Positions 48,601 through 59,523 of a DNA stretch of 64,000 bases are shown here, piece after piece. The notes under the pieces are model-generated. The model was not told the origin of the DNA. It did not search any database and was given only the letters and a program-made list of their open reading frames with translations. Location of the stretch: positions 91,576,001 through 91,640,000 of the forward strand of contig OZ076409.1 in assembly GCA_964187785.1 (NCBI GenBank). The letters run 5' to 3'. A program made the position numbers and the translations under genes. The stretch's first letter is position 1. Each line of letters opens with the position of its first letter. Source of the DNA: Amphiscolops sp. MND2022. Lineage: Eukaryota.

Positions 48601-49417
48601 ATACACAAGGCATTTTAAAAATTCTGTCTTTATTTTTGATTGTCATATTTTTGGTAAAGTTGTCAACCATTACCGAGATGAAACATTCAGGCGATACCTT
48701 CCAATGACATATTTTTGGGCCACAATGATGGATCTTCTAAATCTATATCCTTCATTTCAAACACACAGTGTAAAGCATGAGATCTGGATTCTTCACTCGA
48801 GAGTTTTCCTATATAGAGCCAACCCCTTTGTTTTTCGTTGCAGTAGCTACGAACTGTTTCGATATCATGTAGCGTAGATACTCGCCCAATGTATATATGT
48901 TTTCGATGAGGTGGCTTCTCAACACCTTTGAAGGTCTCAGTTTCACCTGTCCCATTTTTTACTTCACGTTTCTTGCGAACTGGCTTCGAACTAGAGACCA
49001 ATGAGTTGTCATTAAAAACAGTGTCAAATCTTTGAGTTTGAACAAAAGCACTACGAGTTTTTGGCCCTGGATCATTCGAGTTTACTGCTTCGGAGAACGT
49101 TTTGTCAAGAGGTTTGTCATTAATTCGGTCCTGTTTCAATGACTTGACTTAACTTTTTGGTTCGTAATTGTCCTTGACAACTCACCCAAGTTGAGTTGTT
49201 CCGATGCAGTTTTCATTATGGAAGGTAGCATTTCTTGAATGGTATCTTTTATAACTTTTCGAGATGTTTCTTCAACTTTTCTGTTATCCAAACAAAGAGA
49301 ACATCTGAACAACAAATACTTAGCTTGTGATAGTTGACTGATGATAACTTCTGGTAACCCTGAACAGTTTTCATGATAGCAGCCGTCATAGAAGTCACAC
49401 TGAATCCAGTCGTCGCC

Positions 49418-49927
49418 GGGTGGCTGTAAATTGGTCGAATTTTTCAGGTCGAAAGGACAGAGGTCGAACCTTTCGATCGAATTGCAGGGATCGAATGGAA
49501 TGCAGTCGAATTTAATCAAAGCCCTCGGGTCGAAAACGTTCTCTATTTGCCTCAAGTTGATTGACTATCGTAATGTGGGGCATTTGCTGTGTATGAACGC
49601 TCGCCCTCACCGTCGCAAAGAGCAGCTCACACTACAATCGCTTCGCGATCTCCGTTCCCGCTATGCCTTTGCTCCTGTTCGACCTCGCTTAGCAACATGG
49701 GAACATAAGCGGCCCCAAGGGGCGGCGGGGCACGAGAGGAAATGGGGATATATCCGAGACACGTTTTATATTTTTCTAGAAAGTTCTATCTGCGGCAATT
49801 CGATTTGTTTCCCGAAAATCAAAATTTCGATACGAGTTGTTTCGATCCCATTCAGAAATTTGGTATGTCGACCCGAGGTCTAACTCTGATTTTCGATCCC
49901 GTTCCTTCGACCTATTTTCGCCCACGC
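49418..49927. mobile_element. MITE, copy 1
   Basis: GGGTGGCTGTAAATTGGTCGAA...TTCGACCTATTTTCGCCCACGC; 8-bp TSD TCGTCGCC. Confidence 0.85.
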
Positions 49928-50454
49928 TCGTCGCCCACTTCATCACTTTTGTAACAAGAACCTTTGAAGGTGTCAGTTTCACCTGTCCCAATTTTTACTT
50001 CACGTTTCTTGCGAACTGGCTTCGAACTAGAGACCAATTGGTTGTCATTAAAAACAGTGTCAAATCTTTGAGTTTGAACATAAGCACTACGAGTTTTTGG
50101 CCCTGGATCATTCGAGTTTACTGCTTCGGAGAACGTTTTGTCAAGAGGTTTGTCTTTAACTCGGTCCTGTTTCAATGACTTAACTTCACTCTTTGGTTCC
50201 GTAGTTGTCCTTGACAACTCACCCATATTAAGTTGTTCCAATGCAGTTTTCATTATGGAAGGTAGCGTTTCTTGAATAGTATCTTTTATAACTTTTCGGG
50301 TTTTTTCTTCAACTTTTCTGTTATCCAAACAAAGAGAACATCTGGACAACAAATACTTAGCTTGTGATAGTTGACTGATGATAACTTCCCGTAACCCTGA
50401 ACAGTTTTCATGATAGCAGCCCTCATAGAAGTCACACTGAATCCAGTCGTCGCC

Positions 50455-50976
50455 GGGTGGCTGTAAATAGGTCGAATTTTCAGGTCGAATTTTCAGGTCG
50501 AAAGGACAGAGGTCGAACTTTTCGATCGAATTGCAGGGATCGAATGGAATGCAGTCGAATTTAATCGAAGCCTTCGGGTCGAAAACGTTCTTTACTTGTC
50601 TCAAGTCGATTGACTATCGTAATGTGGGGCATATGCTGTGTATGAACGCTCGCCCTCACCGTCGCAAATAGCAGCTCACACTACAATCGCTTCGCGATCT
50701 CTGTTCCCGCTATGTCTTTGCTCCTGTTCGACCTCGCTTAGCAACATGGGAACATAACCGGCCCCAAGGGGCGGCGGGGCACTAGAGGAAATGGGGACAT
50801 ATCCGAGACACGTTCTATATTTTTCTAGAAACTTCTATCTGCGGCAATTCGATTTGTTTCCCAAAAATCAAAACTTCGATCCGAGTTGTTTCGATCCCGT
50901 TCAAAAATTTGGTATGTCGACCCGAGGACTAACTCTGATTTTCGATCCCATTCCTTCGACCTATTTCCGCCCACCC
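50455..50976. mobile_element. MITE, copy 2
   Basis: Imperfect 22-bp TIR GGGTGGCTGTAAATAGGTCGAA / TTCGACCTATTTCCGCCCACCC; 8-bp TSD TCGTCGCC (50447-50454, 50977-50984). Confidence 0.9.
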
Positions 50977-51567
50977 TCGTCGCCCACTTCATCACCTTTG
51001 TAACAAGAGCAACATTGTTCTTTGACCACACCCTGTCCTTTCGTAAAGGACCACACCATCCATCAACATGATTATGTAACCATCAACCTGATTTTACAAA
51101 TATGGAACTTAGGGAGGGAGAGAGATTTGAATAGATTATAGATAGACGTATCGCGAATTAGTAGATAACGGATACAATTTTCAACCGGTAGCCTTTGAAG
51201 TACATGATTGTTTAGGCAAGAGCAGTGAAATTTTCACGTGTCTCTGTAAAATGCTCTGTCGTTCGCACGAGGACCAACGAGTTGGTAGCTTTTTGAAGCA
51301 ACGGATTTCAATGGCTCTTCACATCGGCAATGCGGCGTGTGTTCTAGGAAATGTCAGCGACAGAGATGCGTTCGAAGAAATATATTACATATAGTTTATT
51401 TTTTTAAACCTCTATATCATTGCAGCTCCAAAAAAATTTATACCTGTAGACTGGGATAGTGGCTGGTTTGAGTATTTTTTGGTTGTTTTTTTTGTTTCTG
51501 GTCTACTGGGATAGTGGCTGGTATGGGGTTCCCTACTTTCATTGCAGATCAGGGTGTGTGTCTTCCC

Positions 51568-52734
51568 CAGGGTTGTTCAATCAATAATTAAAAGAACAAT
51601 CATTGCAATGATTGGCGAACAATTATTGATTGCTAATTATTCTCTGCCTCAATTATTGATTGCTAATTTTCCAAATATTGGGAATTATTTGACCAAGGCC
51701 CTACAGAGGGAAAATATTGATTTGTCGTCAGATAGAGCTTTATTTGATGAAACATGCCGTAAATTTAAAGATATTGATCAAGAAAACATGAACTTTGGTT
51801 CGAATGCTCGTATAGTCAAACGTAAGCATTTCGAAACGGGTAGTAAAAACACTGGAGCGCCGCGAAAATGAGATGGCACTTTGCGAAAAATTGCTTGTGC
51901 GAGACTAAAAAAGATTGAACGTCAACAAGAACCAGAGAAGCAGTGTGATAATGATGATGATTTTGCCTCAGTGATTCTCAAGAAGAAATTATGTACCATC
52001 ATACCATTTTTGTTGCCGACATCATAATTGCTCGAAAGATTTTTCAGCACAGCTGGTTTGGCATTGTCCAATCTGCAACACAGAGGTAAATGGTAACTTG
52101 GCTTAAGGTGGCTGTAAATAGGTCGAATTTTTCTGGTCGAAAGGACAGAGGTCGAATCTTTTGATCGAATTGCAGGGATCGAATGGATTGCGGTCGAATT
52201 TTATCGTATTTGTTGTGAGGCTCGGTCGCTTCGCTCTCTTCGCTCCTGCATTCAGGGCAATAGGGGTATGTGAACATATCTGACTACGTTATAAAAATTT
52301 CGAACCGAGTTGTTTCGATCCCTTTCAAAAATTTGGTATGTCGACCTGAGGACTAACTCTGATTTTCGATCCCGTTCCTTCGACCTATTTCCGCCCACCC
52401 CTTGGCTTAATGCCATTTGGCTTAAAGTCATTTGGCCTAATACAAGCCAAGTGACTGGTAACCGACACAGACTGACACCAGAACATCTTGAGCAGCAGCT
52501 TTTCCTCAAAGTCATTGATAAACTGTGGACTATCGAAACTGTGTCTAAAATTGTTAACAAGTGAATGCTTTTGTGAAGTGATTTGTTGTTTGAAATGAAC
52601 TATTGTTCTTCCTGTTTTTTTTTCAATTATTGCAATAATTGCAATTATTTATTGGTGAGAGCATTTTTTTGCAATATTTATTGGTGATATTCAAATCCTT
52701 GTAATTAATTGCAATTAAGAATTGCACATCCCTG
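51568..52734 (+). mobile_element. Non-autonomous hAT transposon with transposase remnant
   Basis: TIR CAGGGTTGTTCAAT / ATTGCACATCCCTG; perfect 8-bp TSD GTCTTCCC; dimerisation-domain fragments PTS..LERFFSTAG and RLTPEHLEQQLFLK. Confidence 0.9.
52106..52400. mobile_element. MITE, shorter family member nested in the hAT element
   Basis: Same TIRs as copies 1 and 2; flanked by a duplication of CTTGGCTTA(A). Confidence 0.85.
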
Positions 52735-52793
52735 GTCTTCCCCCCAACATGTCTAATTGTTGTGATAAACTTATTAAATAGTTTCCGGTTGTG

Positions 52794-53606
52794 ATGCCTC
52801 CAAAAAGACAGACGAAGCAGACAAACAGCAAAAGTGCAACTACTGACCTCCTACCCTGTGCAAAAGAAACGTGTGGAAAATGTGATGTGGAGGTAGTTGA
52901 CGGGGATTCAGCCCTGGCCTGTGAACAATGCCTCAGGTACTTCCACGGGGTCTGCTTGGGCGTAAACAATGCTGTGGTGACGGCAATGGGGAATCTCCCT
53001 GGGTGCTACTGGTTCTGTGAAGAGTGTGATGGACCTCAGCGGGCTCGTGTGGATCTGCCAAAGGAAACTGAAAAGCTAAGTAAAATGGTTTCTCATTTGA
53101 ATACATTAGTAGCAAAGGTTCCTCCTCTTGAGATACCAAAAACTCCTGATTCATCGACTGCTAAAATAATGAATGTAATGACTGACGATTATAAATGTCA
53201 AGTACGTATCTCTGGCATTGAAGAAACTCCTGAAAACACTGCATCAAAACAGATGATTAAAGATCAAGTTCAAATTGAAGAAGTCCTTGAGAAAATTGAC
53301 TGTTCCTTCCCGATCAAAGGTGTAAGACGAATGGGCCGCTATTACCCAGGACGCAAACGGAAAGTTTTAATAACATTCCAATCACCATGGGAAGCACGGC
53401 TGGTCATTGCCAAAGCGATTGAAAATAACCTCTTCCAGGAACACAAAGTACTGATTACTCCTGGGCTTTCCAAAGAAGACGCATTGCGCGAGAAAACGCT
53501 CCTGCAAAAGAGATATGATATGATACAGAATGGCACTGATTCAAAAACTTTGAAAATTAGAAAACTTAAACTCTACCAAAATGGCAAGGAGGTTCAAATT
53601 GAATGA
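52794..53606 (+). CDS. LINE ORF1 with PHD finger
   Basis: CGKC..LACEQCLRYFHGVC..WFCEEC PHD finger followed by an RRM-like/L1-ORF1-like region (VRISGIEE, RRMG..RKVLITF, ITPGLS). Confidence 0.88.
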   Translation: MPPKRQTKQTNSKSATTDLLPCAKETCGKCDVEVVDGDSALACEQCLRYFHGVCLGVNNAVVTAMGNLPGCYWFCEECDGPQRARVDLPKETEKLSKMVSHLNTLVAKVPPLEIPKTPDSSTAKIMNVMTDDYKCQVRISGIEETPENTASKQMIKDQVQIEEVLEKIDCSFPIKGVRRMGRYYPGRKRKVLITFQSPWEARLVIAKAIENNLFQEHKVLITPGLSKEDALREKTLLQKRYDMIQNGTDSKTLKIRKLKLYQNGKEVQIE

Positions 53607-56426
53607 CTCACAAAGTTGGAAGAAAAAGTTTCTAAAATTCTCTACTTGAATGTGCAAGGTCTCTTATCGTTCCAAAAATGTATTGATTTACAAAAGCTTT
53701 ATCTGACTGGTTCATATGATTTGATGCTGTTATGCGAAACCTGGTTTGACGAAAATGTTGAATCGATTATATTTCCTAATGACATCCCAACAGTCCTGAA
53801 TCGAGCGGATCGGAAGGATGGTTCACATGGTGGTTTGGTGATATGTTCGAATACTTTGGATACATCTCCGGTCAAAACAAATTTCGACTTCGGTTGCGCT
53901 GTTATTTTCCAGAACTGCTTGGTGATAGTTATTTATAATCCTCCCCTGACCAGCAAATACCGGATAATGGATAAACATCTCCTCAATTTTATTAAATCGG
54001 TTATTTGCAAAGCTTTTTGGTCGGTCGAGAAAAATATCTTAGTGTTAGGCGATTTCAATATCCCTTCGATTAATTGGGCACTCTTTCCCGCTCAAATTCC
54101 CGAGGAGTACTCCGAAGTTTTCAATTTCTTCATTCACAATGGCTTTGATCAATTAATTCATCAAACGACCCATGACGGAGGCAATATTCTAGACCTTTGT
54201 TTCGCAAACTTTGACATTCAATCAATCTCTGTGTCGGGAAAAAATTTCCAGTCTGACCACTTCGGAATAACTATTATTTTAGAAACTTTTCATCTTAAAA
54301 AGTGGGAAATGCCTCAATCCAACTCAACCTTCTCCCTTACTCCAGATGCGGTGGAAAACATAAAGCTTGACCTATCTGACAATATATTTTCAATGGTACA
54401 GCCAAATTCCGAATCTACTTATAGCCAGAATTGGTTCGATAATTTCGACGAAATTCTGAAGAAACACATGAGAAAGAAACGTCAAAAGCGTTTGAGTCTA
54501 CCGTTCTATTACACTTCGCATTCGATTCACCTTTATAATCAATTGAAAACCCTTGCGTCTTCAACGAAAAATTACAACATATCAAAATTTATGTCAGTGA
54601 AAAAAGACCTCTTGGAGTCTATTGAGTTGGATATCCATTGTTTTGTTAACCATTTTGTTAGTAACAACACGAGAATGCATGACTGTTATAATCTAGTCAG
54701 ATCTTTCAAAAATTCTTCGTCCTATCCCTCAAAAATGACATGGGAGAAAAAGAATTTCTCTGGTAAACCTGATATTGCCAATGCTTTCAACGACTTTTTC
54801 TTTTGCCAATATCAAGAATGTTCAACTATCAAAAATTTCAACAACTTCGATGAATTAGAATTGAATGATGTTGAAATCACTCTAGATGAAGTGTACTCAG
54901 TTCTAAACTGTTGCACGAATGGAACTGGACCGGATGGTCTTTCTGGGTTTCTACTGCGACAGATTTCCAACGAATTTAGCATTCATTTTCTTAAATTGGC
55001 AGAACACATTCTCAGTACATCAATTTTCCCTGCAAACTGGAAAACAACTTTCATTAGACCAATGCACAAAAAGAAATGTAAAACGGTAATCGAAAATTAC
55101 AGACCTGTAGCATCTTTATCCCGTCTTTCAATTTGTTTTGAACGGCTCCTTTTTAAAAAACTTTATCCCCACTGCTCAAAAAAGATATCCCATTTACAGC
55201 ATGGGTTCATGAAAAGCAAATCGATACAATCCCAATTGTTAATTCACTTAGATTACATATACAACAACCTCGACAGAGGAGATGAAGTTTTCACAGTTTA
55301 TCTTGATTTCAGCAAAGCGTTTGATCGTGTTGATCATGAGATTTTATTGAAAAAGGTTGCCAGTTTTGGGATTGGTGGCAATATACTCAAACTCTTGAAA
55401 AGTTATCTCGAAGATCGTGAACAACGAGTTAAAATTGACGACTGTCTCTCAACTGCCCTTCCAATCAAAAGTGGTGTCCCCCAAGGCTCGGTTATTGGAC
55501 CTTTATTATTTTTAATCTTCATTAATGATTTGCCTGGTGTTTGTGTCGACTCAATAATGTTACTCTTTGCAGACGATTCGAAAATCTCAAATGCTGATCC
55601 CATTGAACTCCAGAATGATCTTATAAGGATTTATAACTGGGCGAAAGCAAATAAAATGGAATTCAATAACACGAAAACTGAACTACTATGGTTTACTCTT
55701 CATCGCTATAAAATTTCTGATAGACGTGTATTGGTCTTTGATTCTAAAGATATTGAGTTTTCTACGGTCCCTATTAAAGATTTGGGTATCAATTTTACGT
55801 CTGATTTGAAATGGTCAGCCCACATCGATGTTCGTATTAGAAAAGCTTTTTCACGATTCATGATGTTAAAGCGGTCCTTACCGACTACCTTACCGGCTAA
55901 TGTAAAATCACAAGTTTACAAACTTTATATCCTACCAATAATCACCTATGGATCAGTCCTATGGTTTCCCAACAAGACTGATTTATCGAAATTAGAAGTC
56001 TTTCAAAATAAAGTTATTCGTTGGTTTGGACTTATAGATGATTATAAGGATCGGTTATTAGCCCTAAATTTGCTTCCCTTTTCTCTGCTGTTTCAGTTGA
56101 ACGACCTCCTATTCCTACATCAATGTATTGTGAACGATTCTCCGATATGTTCAGGACTGCTCTACAAAGAATCTCTCCGCCATTATGACACCCGATTTTC
56201 ATCACGAAAACTTCTCTTTAAAAAGAAAACAAGACTGAAGTCCACTGACAGCTTTTTCATAAACAGAGTTGTTAATCTAGCTAATTTCGTATCATCGAAA
56301 TTCGAGATTGACTTCTTTGACACGACCTCATTTAAGCCTAAACTGAAAAATATTTTCCGAAACTACCTTAAATATGGCTATGATAAATCGGATTGTAGAA
56401 GGTTTTTGAAGTGCTATTGCTGTTGA
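53607..56426 (+). CDS. CR1-like LINE ORF2 (AP endonuclease plus reverse transcriptase), uninterrupted
   Basis: YLNVQG, CETW, YNPP, GDFN, LDL and SDH endonuclease motifs; NYRPV, QHGF, YLDFSKAFD, GVPQGSVIGP and FADD RT motifs. Confidence 0.93.
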   Translation, partial: LTKLEEKVSKILYLNVQGLLSFQKCIDLQKLYLTGSYDLMLLCETWFDENVESIIFPNDIPTVLNRADRKDGSHGGLVICSNTLDTSPVKTNFDFGCAVIFQNCLVIVIYNPPLTSKYRIMDKHLLNFIKSVICKAFWSVEKNILVLGDFNIPSINWALFPAQIPEEYSEVFNFFIHNGFDQLIHQTTHDGGNILDLCFANFDIQSISVSGKNFQSDHFGITIILETFHLKKWEMPQSNSTFSLTPDAVENIKLDLSDNIFSMVQPNSESTYSQNWFDNFDEILKKHMRKKRQKRLSLPFYYTSHSIHLYNQLKTLASSTKNYNISKFMSVKKDLLESIELDIHCFVNHFVSNNTRMHDCYNLVRSFKNSSSYPSKMTWEKKNFSGKPDIANAFNDFFFCQYQECSTIKNFNNFDELELNDVEITLDEVYSVLNCCTNGTGPDGLSGFLLRQISNEFSIHFLKLAEHILSTSIFPANWKTTFIRPMHKKKCKTVIENYRPVASLSRLSICFERLLFKKLYPHCSKKISHLQHGFMKSKSIQSQLLIHLDYIYNNLDRGDEVFTVYLDFSKAFDRVDHEILLKKVASFGIGGNILKLLKSYLEDREQRVKIDDCLSTALPIKSGVPQGSVIGPLLFLIFINDLPGVCVDSIMLLFADDSKISNADPIELQNDLIRIYNWAKANKMEFNNTKTELLWFTLHRYKISDRRVLVFDSKDIEFSTVPIKDLGINFTSDLKWSAHIDVRIRKAFSRFMMLKRSLPTTLPANVKSQVYKLYILPIITYGSVLWFPNKTDLSKLEVFQNKVIRWFGLIDDYKDRLLALNLLPFSLLFQLNDLLFLHQCIVNDSPICSGLLYKESLRHYDTRFSSRKLLFKKKTRLKSTDSFFINRVVNLANFVSSKFEIDFFDTTSFKPKLKNIFRNYLKYGYDKSDCRRFLKCYCC

Positions 56427-56913
56427 TTTTTGTTTCTTATATTTTCAATCATAAATAATCAGGCTGTTTAATATCTACAGAAAAGTAGAATTTAAGTCTT
56501 TTACTACTACTACATGGCCCTTGATTGATGACGAAGCTCCATGATATCTGGTAGAGGAAAAAAATATATAGATGATCTCAAAGATTATATAATAATCAGA
56601 AAGTTTAACGCCCAGAGATAATCTGATTTTGATGTAGACCTCGTTAACTCTTCGAGAGACTTGTTGCCTAATTTGTTGTAATACGGAACAGTAGATTGTC
56701 AAAGTTAAACGCAACTAGCGTCATGAAACTGAAGAAAACAAATCTTAGAAGTTGAATCTAGTTACTGTTGAACTATTTTATTATCGTTGTTTTTGGTTCA
56801 TGGGAAAAATCTTCTAAGCACATATTTCGAAATGCGTTGTTTCCCTATTAGAAAATTGGTTGTCACGTCGTTTTTTTCAGACGTTCAAGCTACTCAATTT
56901 GCTTGCAGTAGCC

Positions 56914-59523
56914 ATGGCAAACGGTGGGAACAGTGGGATGCAAAGTTTGATCCCGATTGTCAACCGCCTCCAGGATGCTTTTAGTGCTGTAGGATTAAGT
57001 GCTGTTATCGATCTTCCGCAAATCGCTGTTGTTGGAGGTCAAAGTGCTGGTAAGTCAAGTGTGTTGGAAAACTTCGTGGGTCGGGATTTCTTGCCTAGAG
57101 GATGTGGCATAGTAACAAGAAGGCCTCTCATTCTTCAGCTTATGAATTCCGAAGCTGAGTACGCCGAGTTTGGGCATCAACGTGGCAAACGCTATTTCAA
57201 CTTCAACGAAGTGAGGCAAGAAATAGAAAACGAAACTGACCGATTAACGGGTGCCAATAAAGGCATATCTCCTTTGCCCATTACGCTGCGAGTGTTTTCG
57301 CCCAATGTTCTGAATTTAACTCTTGTTGATTTACCTGGATTGACCAAGGTCCCAGTTGGAGATCAACCTCCTGATATCGAAGCGCAAATTCGTGACATGA
57401 TTCTGCAATTCATAACGAAGGAAAATTGCTTAATTCTTGCAGTGACTCCAGCTAACTCAGATCTCGCCAACTCGGATGCTCTCAAATTAGCCAAAGAAAC
57501 AGACCCAGAGGGAATGAGAACTATTGGTGTAATCACCAAAATTGATTTAATGGATGAAGGGACCCATTGTCGAGATATTTTGGAGAACAAACTTTATCCT
57601 CTGCGTCGTGGTTATATTGGTGTGATAAACAGAAGTCAAAAAGACATTGATGGCAAGAAAGACATAAGAGCTGCATTGCAATCAGAAAGGCAATTTTTCA
57701 TGGCCCATCCTGCTTACAGGCATCTTGTAGATCGATTGGGAACTCCGTTTCTGCAGAAGACTCTAAATCAGCAGCTAACAAATCACATCCGAGATAACTT
57801 ACCTCAGTTCCGCAGTAAACTACAAGGTCAGATGTTGGAGTTAGAGAAAGCTTGTGGCGAGTTCAAAGACTATCGCCCAGATGACCCTGGACGTAAGACA
57901 AAAGCTCTTTTGACTTTGGTTCAACAGTTTGGTCAAGACTTTGAACAATCAATCGAAGGCAGCGGTGAAGAGGTTGATGTGCTAGAGTTGTCTGGTGGTG
58001 CCAAAATCAACCGAATTTTCCATGAACGATTTCCATATGAGTTGCAAAAGCTGGATATGAGCATCGACAAGGAGTTGCGAAGAGAGATTATTCTGGCGAT
58101 TAGAAATATTCGTGGTGTACGCTCTGGGCTGTTCACTCCAGACATGGCGTTCGAGGCAGTGGTAAAAAAGAAAATTCTTAAACTCAAGGAGCCTGCGTTA
58201 AAATGCGTCGATCAAGTTGTGACTGAATTGAATCTAGTCGTGAGGAAATGTGGTGACCGCATGAACCAGTACCCTCGACTGCGTGAAGAAACCGAACGCA
58301 TCCTCACCGGGAAAATCCGCGAGCAGGAAATGAAAGCTAAAGATCAACTGTTGCTTCATTGTGAAATCGAGCTGGCGTATATGAACACTAATCACGAAGA
58401 CTTTGTTGGATTTCAGAATGCATCTAATAAGACAACTGACTCCTCCAAGGACAAGAATGTCAGCAATCAAATGATCCGCAAAGGTTACTTGACCCTCAAC
58501 ATGGCCTTGATGAAGGGACGCTCGAAGCCATACTGGTTCGTTTTGACATCTGAGTCGTTATCTTGGTACACTAAACCTGACCAAAGAGAAATGAAATACA
58601 GAGTGAGCCTAGAAAACTTGCGCACGAAAGACATCGATTTGGGATATTTCTCCAAAAAACACGGTTTCTGTATCTTCAATAGCACTGGTGAAAACGTATT
58701 CAAGGAGCATGAGCGCTTGGATCTGAGCTGTGAAACTGAGGACGAGAAGGAAGATTGGAAAGCATCTCTTTTGAGAGCTGGAGTATATCCTGCCAAAGAA
58801 GAAGTTCCTGCCGAGGATCAAATTGAAGCTGAGGTCTCAGTTGATCCGCAATTGGATCGACAAGTCGAGATAATCAAATCTCTGATTGAATCCTACATGA
58901 CTATCGTGAAAAAGACGACGCGAGATATTGTCCCCAAAACGGTCATGTTTTACCTAGTCAATAATGTCAAAGACTTCTTGCAAGCTGAAATGCTTGCCTC
59001 TCTGTATTCGCATAGCAATCAAGATGCCCTCATGGAAGAATCTCCTGAAGAAACCCGACGCAGAGAAGAGCTGATGAGAATGTACACTGCCACCAAGCAG
59101 GCTTTGTCCATTATTGGTGATGTGGTTGTCTCCACAACTTCCACCCCAACACCAGCTCCGATTCAAGACGAATGGCTCAAACCAGATTCTACTTCGTCAC
59201 AAAATAGTTTCAACTCTTTGGGCTCGACAGGAGGAGGAGGCCCAAGGTCCATCTCCCCGGCACCCCCTCTTAATCGGGGTCGCGGAGACGATAGAGGCTC
59301 CATACAGCCACCTCCTAGACCTAACATTCCGAACAGACCTGGTTCCATGACTGGTGCACAGGGTGCTGGAAACCCTCCGTCGCTGCAACCCATGGTTCCC
59401 AGCAGACCAGGGCAGAACAATCAGCCTCCTCCAATGATTCCTCAGCGACCCGGTGGGGGTGGAGCCCCCGGAGGCCAACAAAGAGTCCTGCCTCCCCCGA
59501 TGGTCCCTCAAAGGCCCAAATAG
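56914..59523 (+). CDS. dnm: Classical dynamin (GTPase, middle, PH, GED, proline-rich domain), single coding exon, 869 aa
   Basis: [23 protein letters not shown] and TKID GTPase motifs; PH domain ([25 protein letters not shown]); GED; Pro/Arg-rich tail. ATG in GCCATGG context. Confidence 0.96.
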   Translation: MANGGNSGMQSLIPIVNRLQDAFSAVGLSAVIDLPQIAVVGGQSAGKSSVLENFVGRDFLPRGCGIVTRRPLILQLMNSEAEYAEFGHQRGKRYFNFNEVRQEIENETDRLTGANKGISPLPITLRVFSPNVLNLTLVDLPGLTKVPVGDQPPDIEAQIRDMILQFITKENCLILAVTPANSDLANSDALKLAKETDPEGMRTIGVITKIDLMDEGTHCRDILENKLYPLRRGYIGVINRSQKDIDGKKDIRAALQSERQFFMAHPAYRHLVDRLGTPFLQKTLNQQLTNHIRDNLPQFRSKLQGQMLELEKACGEFKDYRPDDPGRKTKALLTLVQQFGQDFEQSIEGSGEEVDVLELSGGAKINRIFHERFPYELQKLDMSIDKELRREIILAIRNIRGVRSGLFTPDMAFEAVVKKKILKLKEPALKCVDQVVTELNLVVRKCGDRMNQYPRLREETERILTGKIREQEMKAKDQLLLHCEIELAYMNTNHEDFVGFQNASNKTTDSSKDKNVSNQMIRKGYLTLNMALMKGRSKPYWFVLTSESLSWYTKPDQREMKYRVSLENLRTKDIDLGYFSKKHGFCIFNSTGENVFKEHERLDLSCETEDEKEDWKASLLRAGVYPAKEEVPAEDQIEAEVSVDPQLDRQVEIIKSLIESYMTIVKKTTRDIVPKTVMFYLVNNVKDFLQAEMLASLYSHSNQDALMEESPEETRRREELMRMYTATKQALSIIGDVVVSTTSTPTPAPIQDEWLKPDSTSSQNSFNSLGSTGGGGPRSISPAPPLNRGRGDDRGSIQPPPRPNIPNRPGSMTGAQGAGNPPSLQPMVPSRPGQNNQPPPMIPQRPGGGGAPGGQQRVLPPPMVPQRPK

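Larger units (their letters stand above)
48925..51008. repeat. Tandem duplication of about 1.04 kb (48925-49959 / 49960-51008)
   Basis: Both units carry the same ORF1 segment and the same MITE; junction gtaacaaga|acctttgaagg. Confidence 0.9.
45820..51059 (-). mobile_element. Decayed L2-like LINE (PHD-finger ORF1, APE-RT ORF2)
   Basis: ORF2 fragments YNAKSVRNK, YRPPS, GDFNIH, DLSAAFDT, GVPQGSILGPLLF, SRLDFCNSLL and LHWLPV; short (ttcaac)n tail near 45820; ORF1 CCSC..WIQCD..H..C reconstructed from ATG 51059. Confidence 0.85.

Noticed and set aside
49431..50604. ORFs beginning MRQIENVFDP / MRQVKNVFDP fused to a partial PHD finger
   Set aside because: The N-termini are MITE sequence fortuitously in frame with the broken LINE ORF1.
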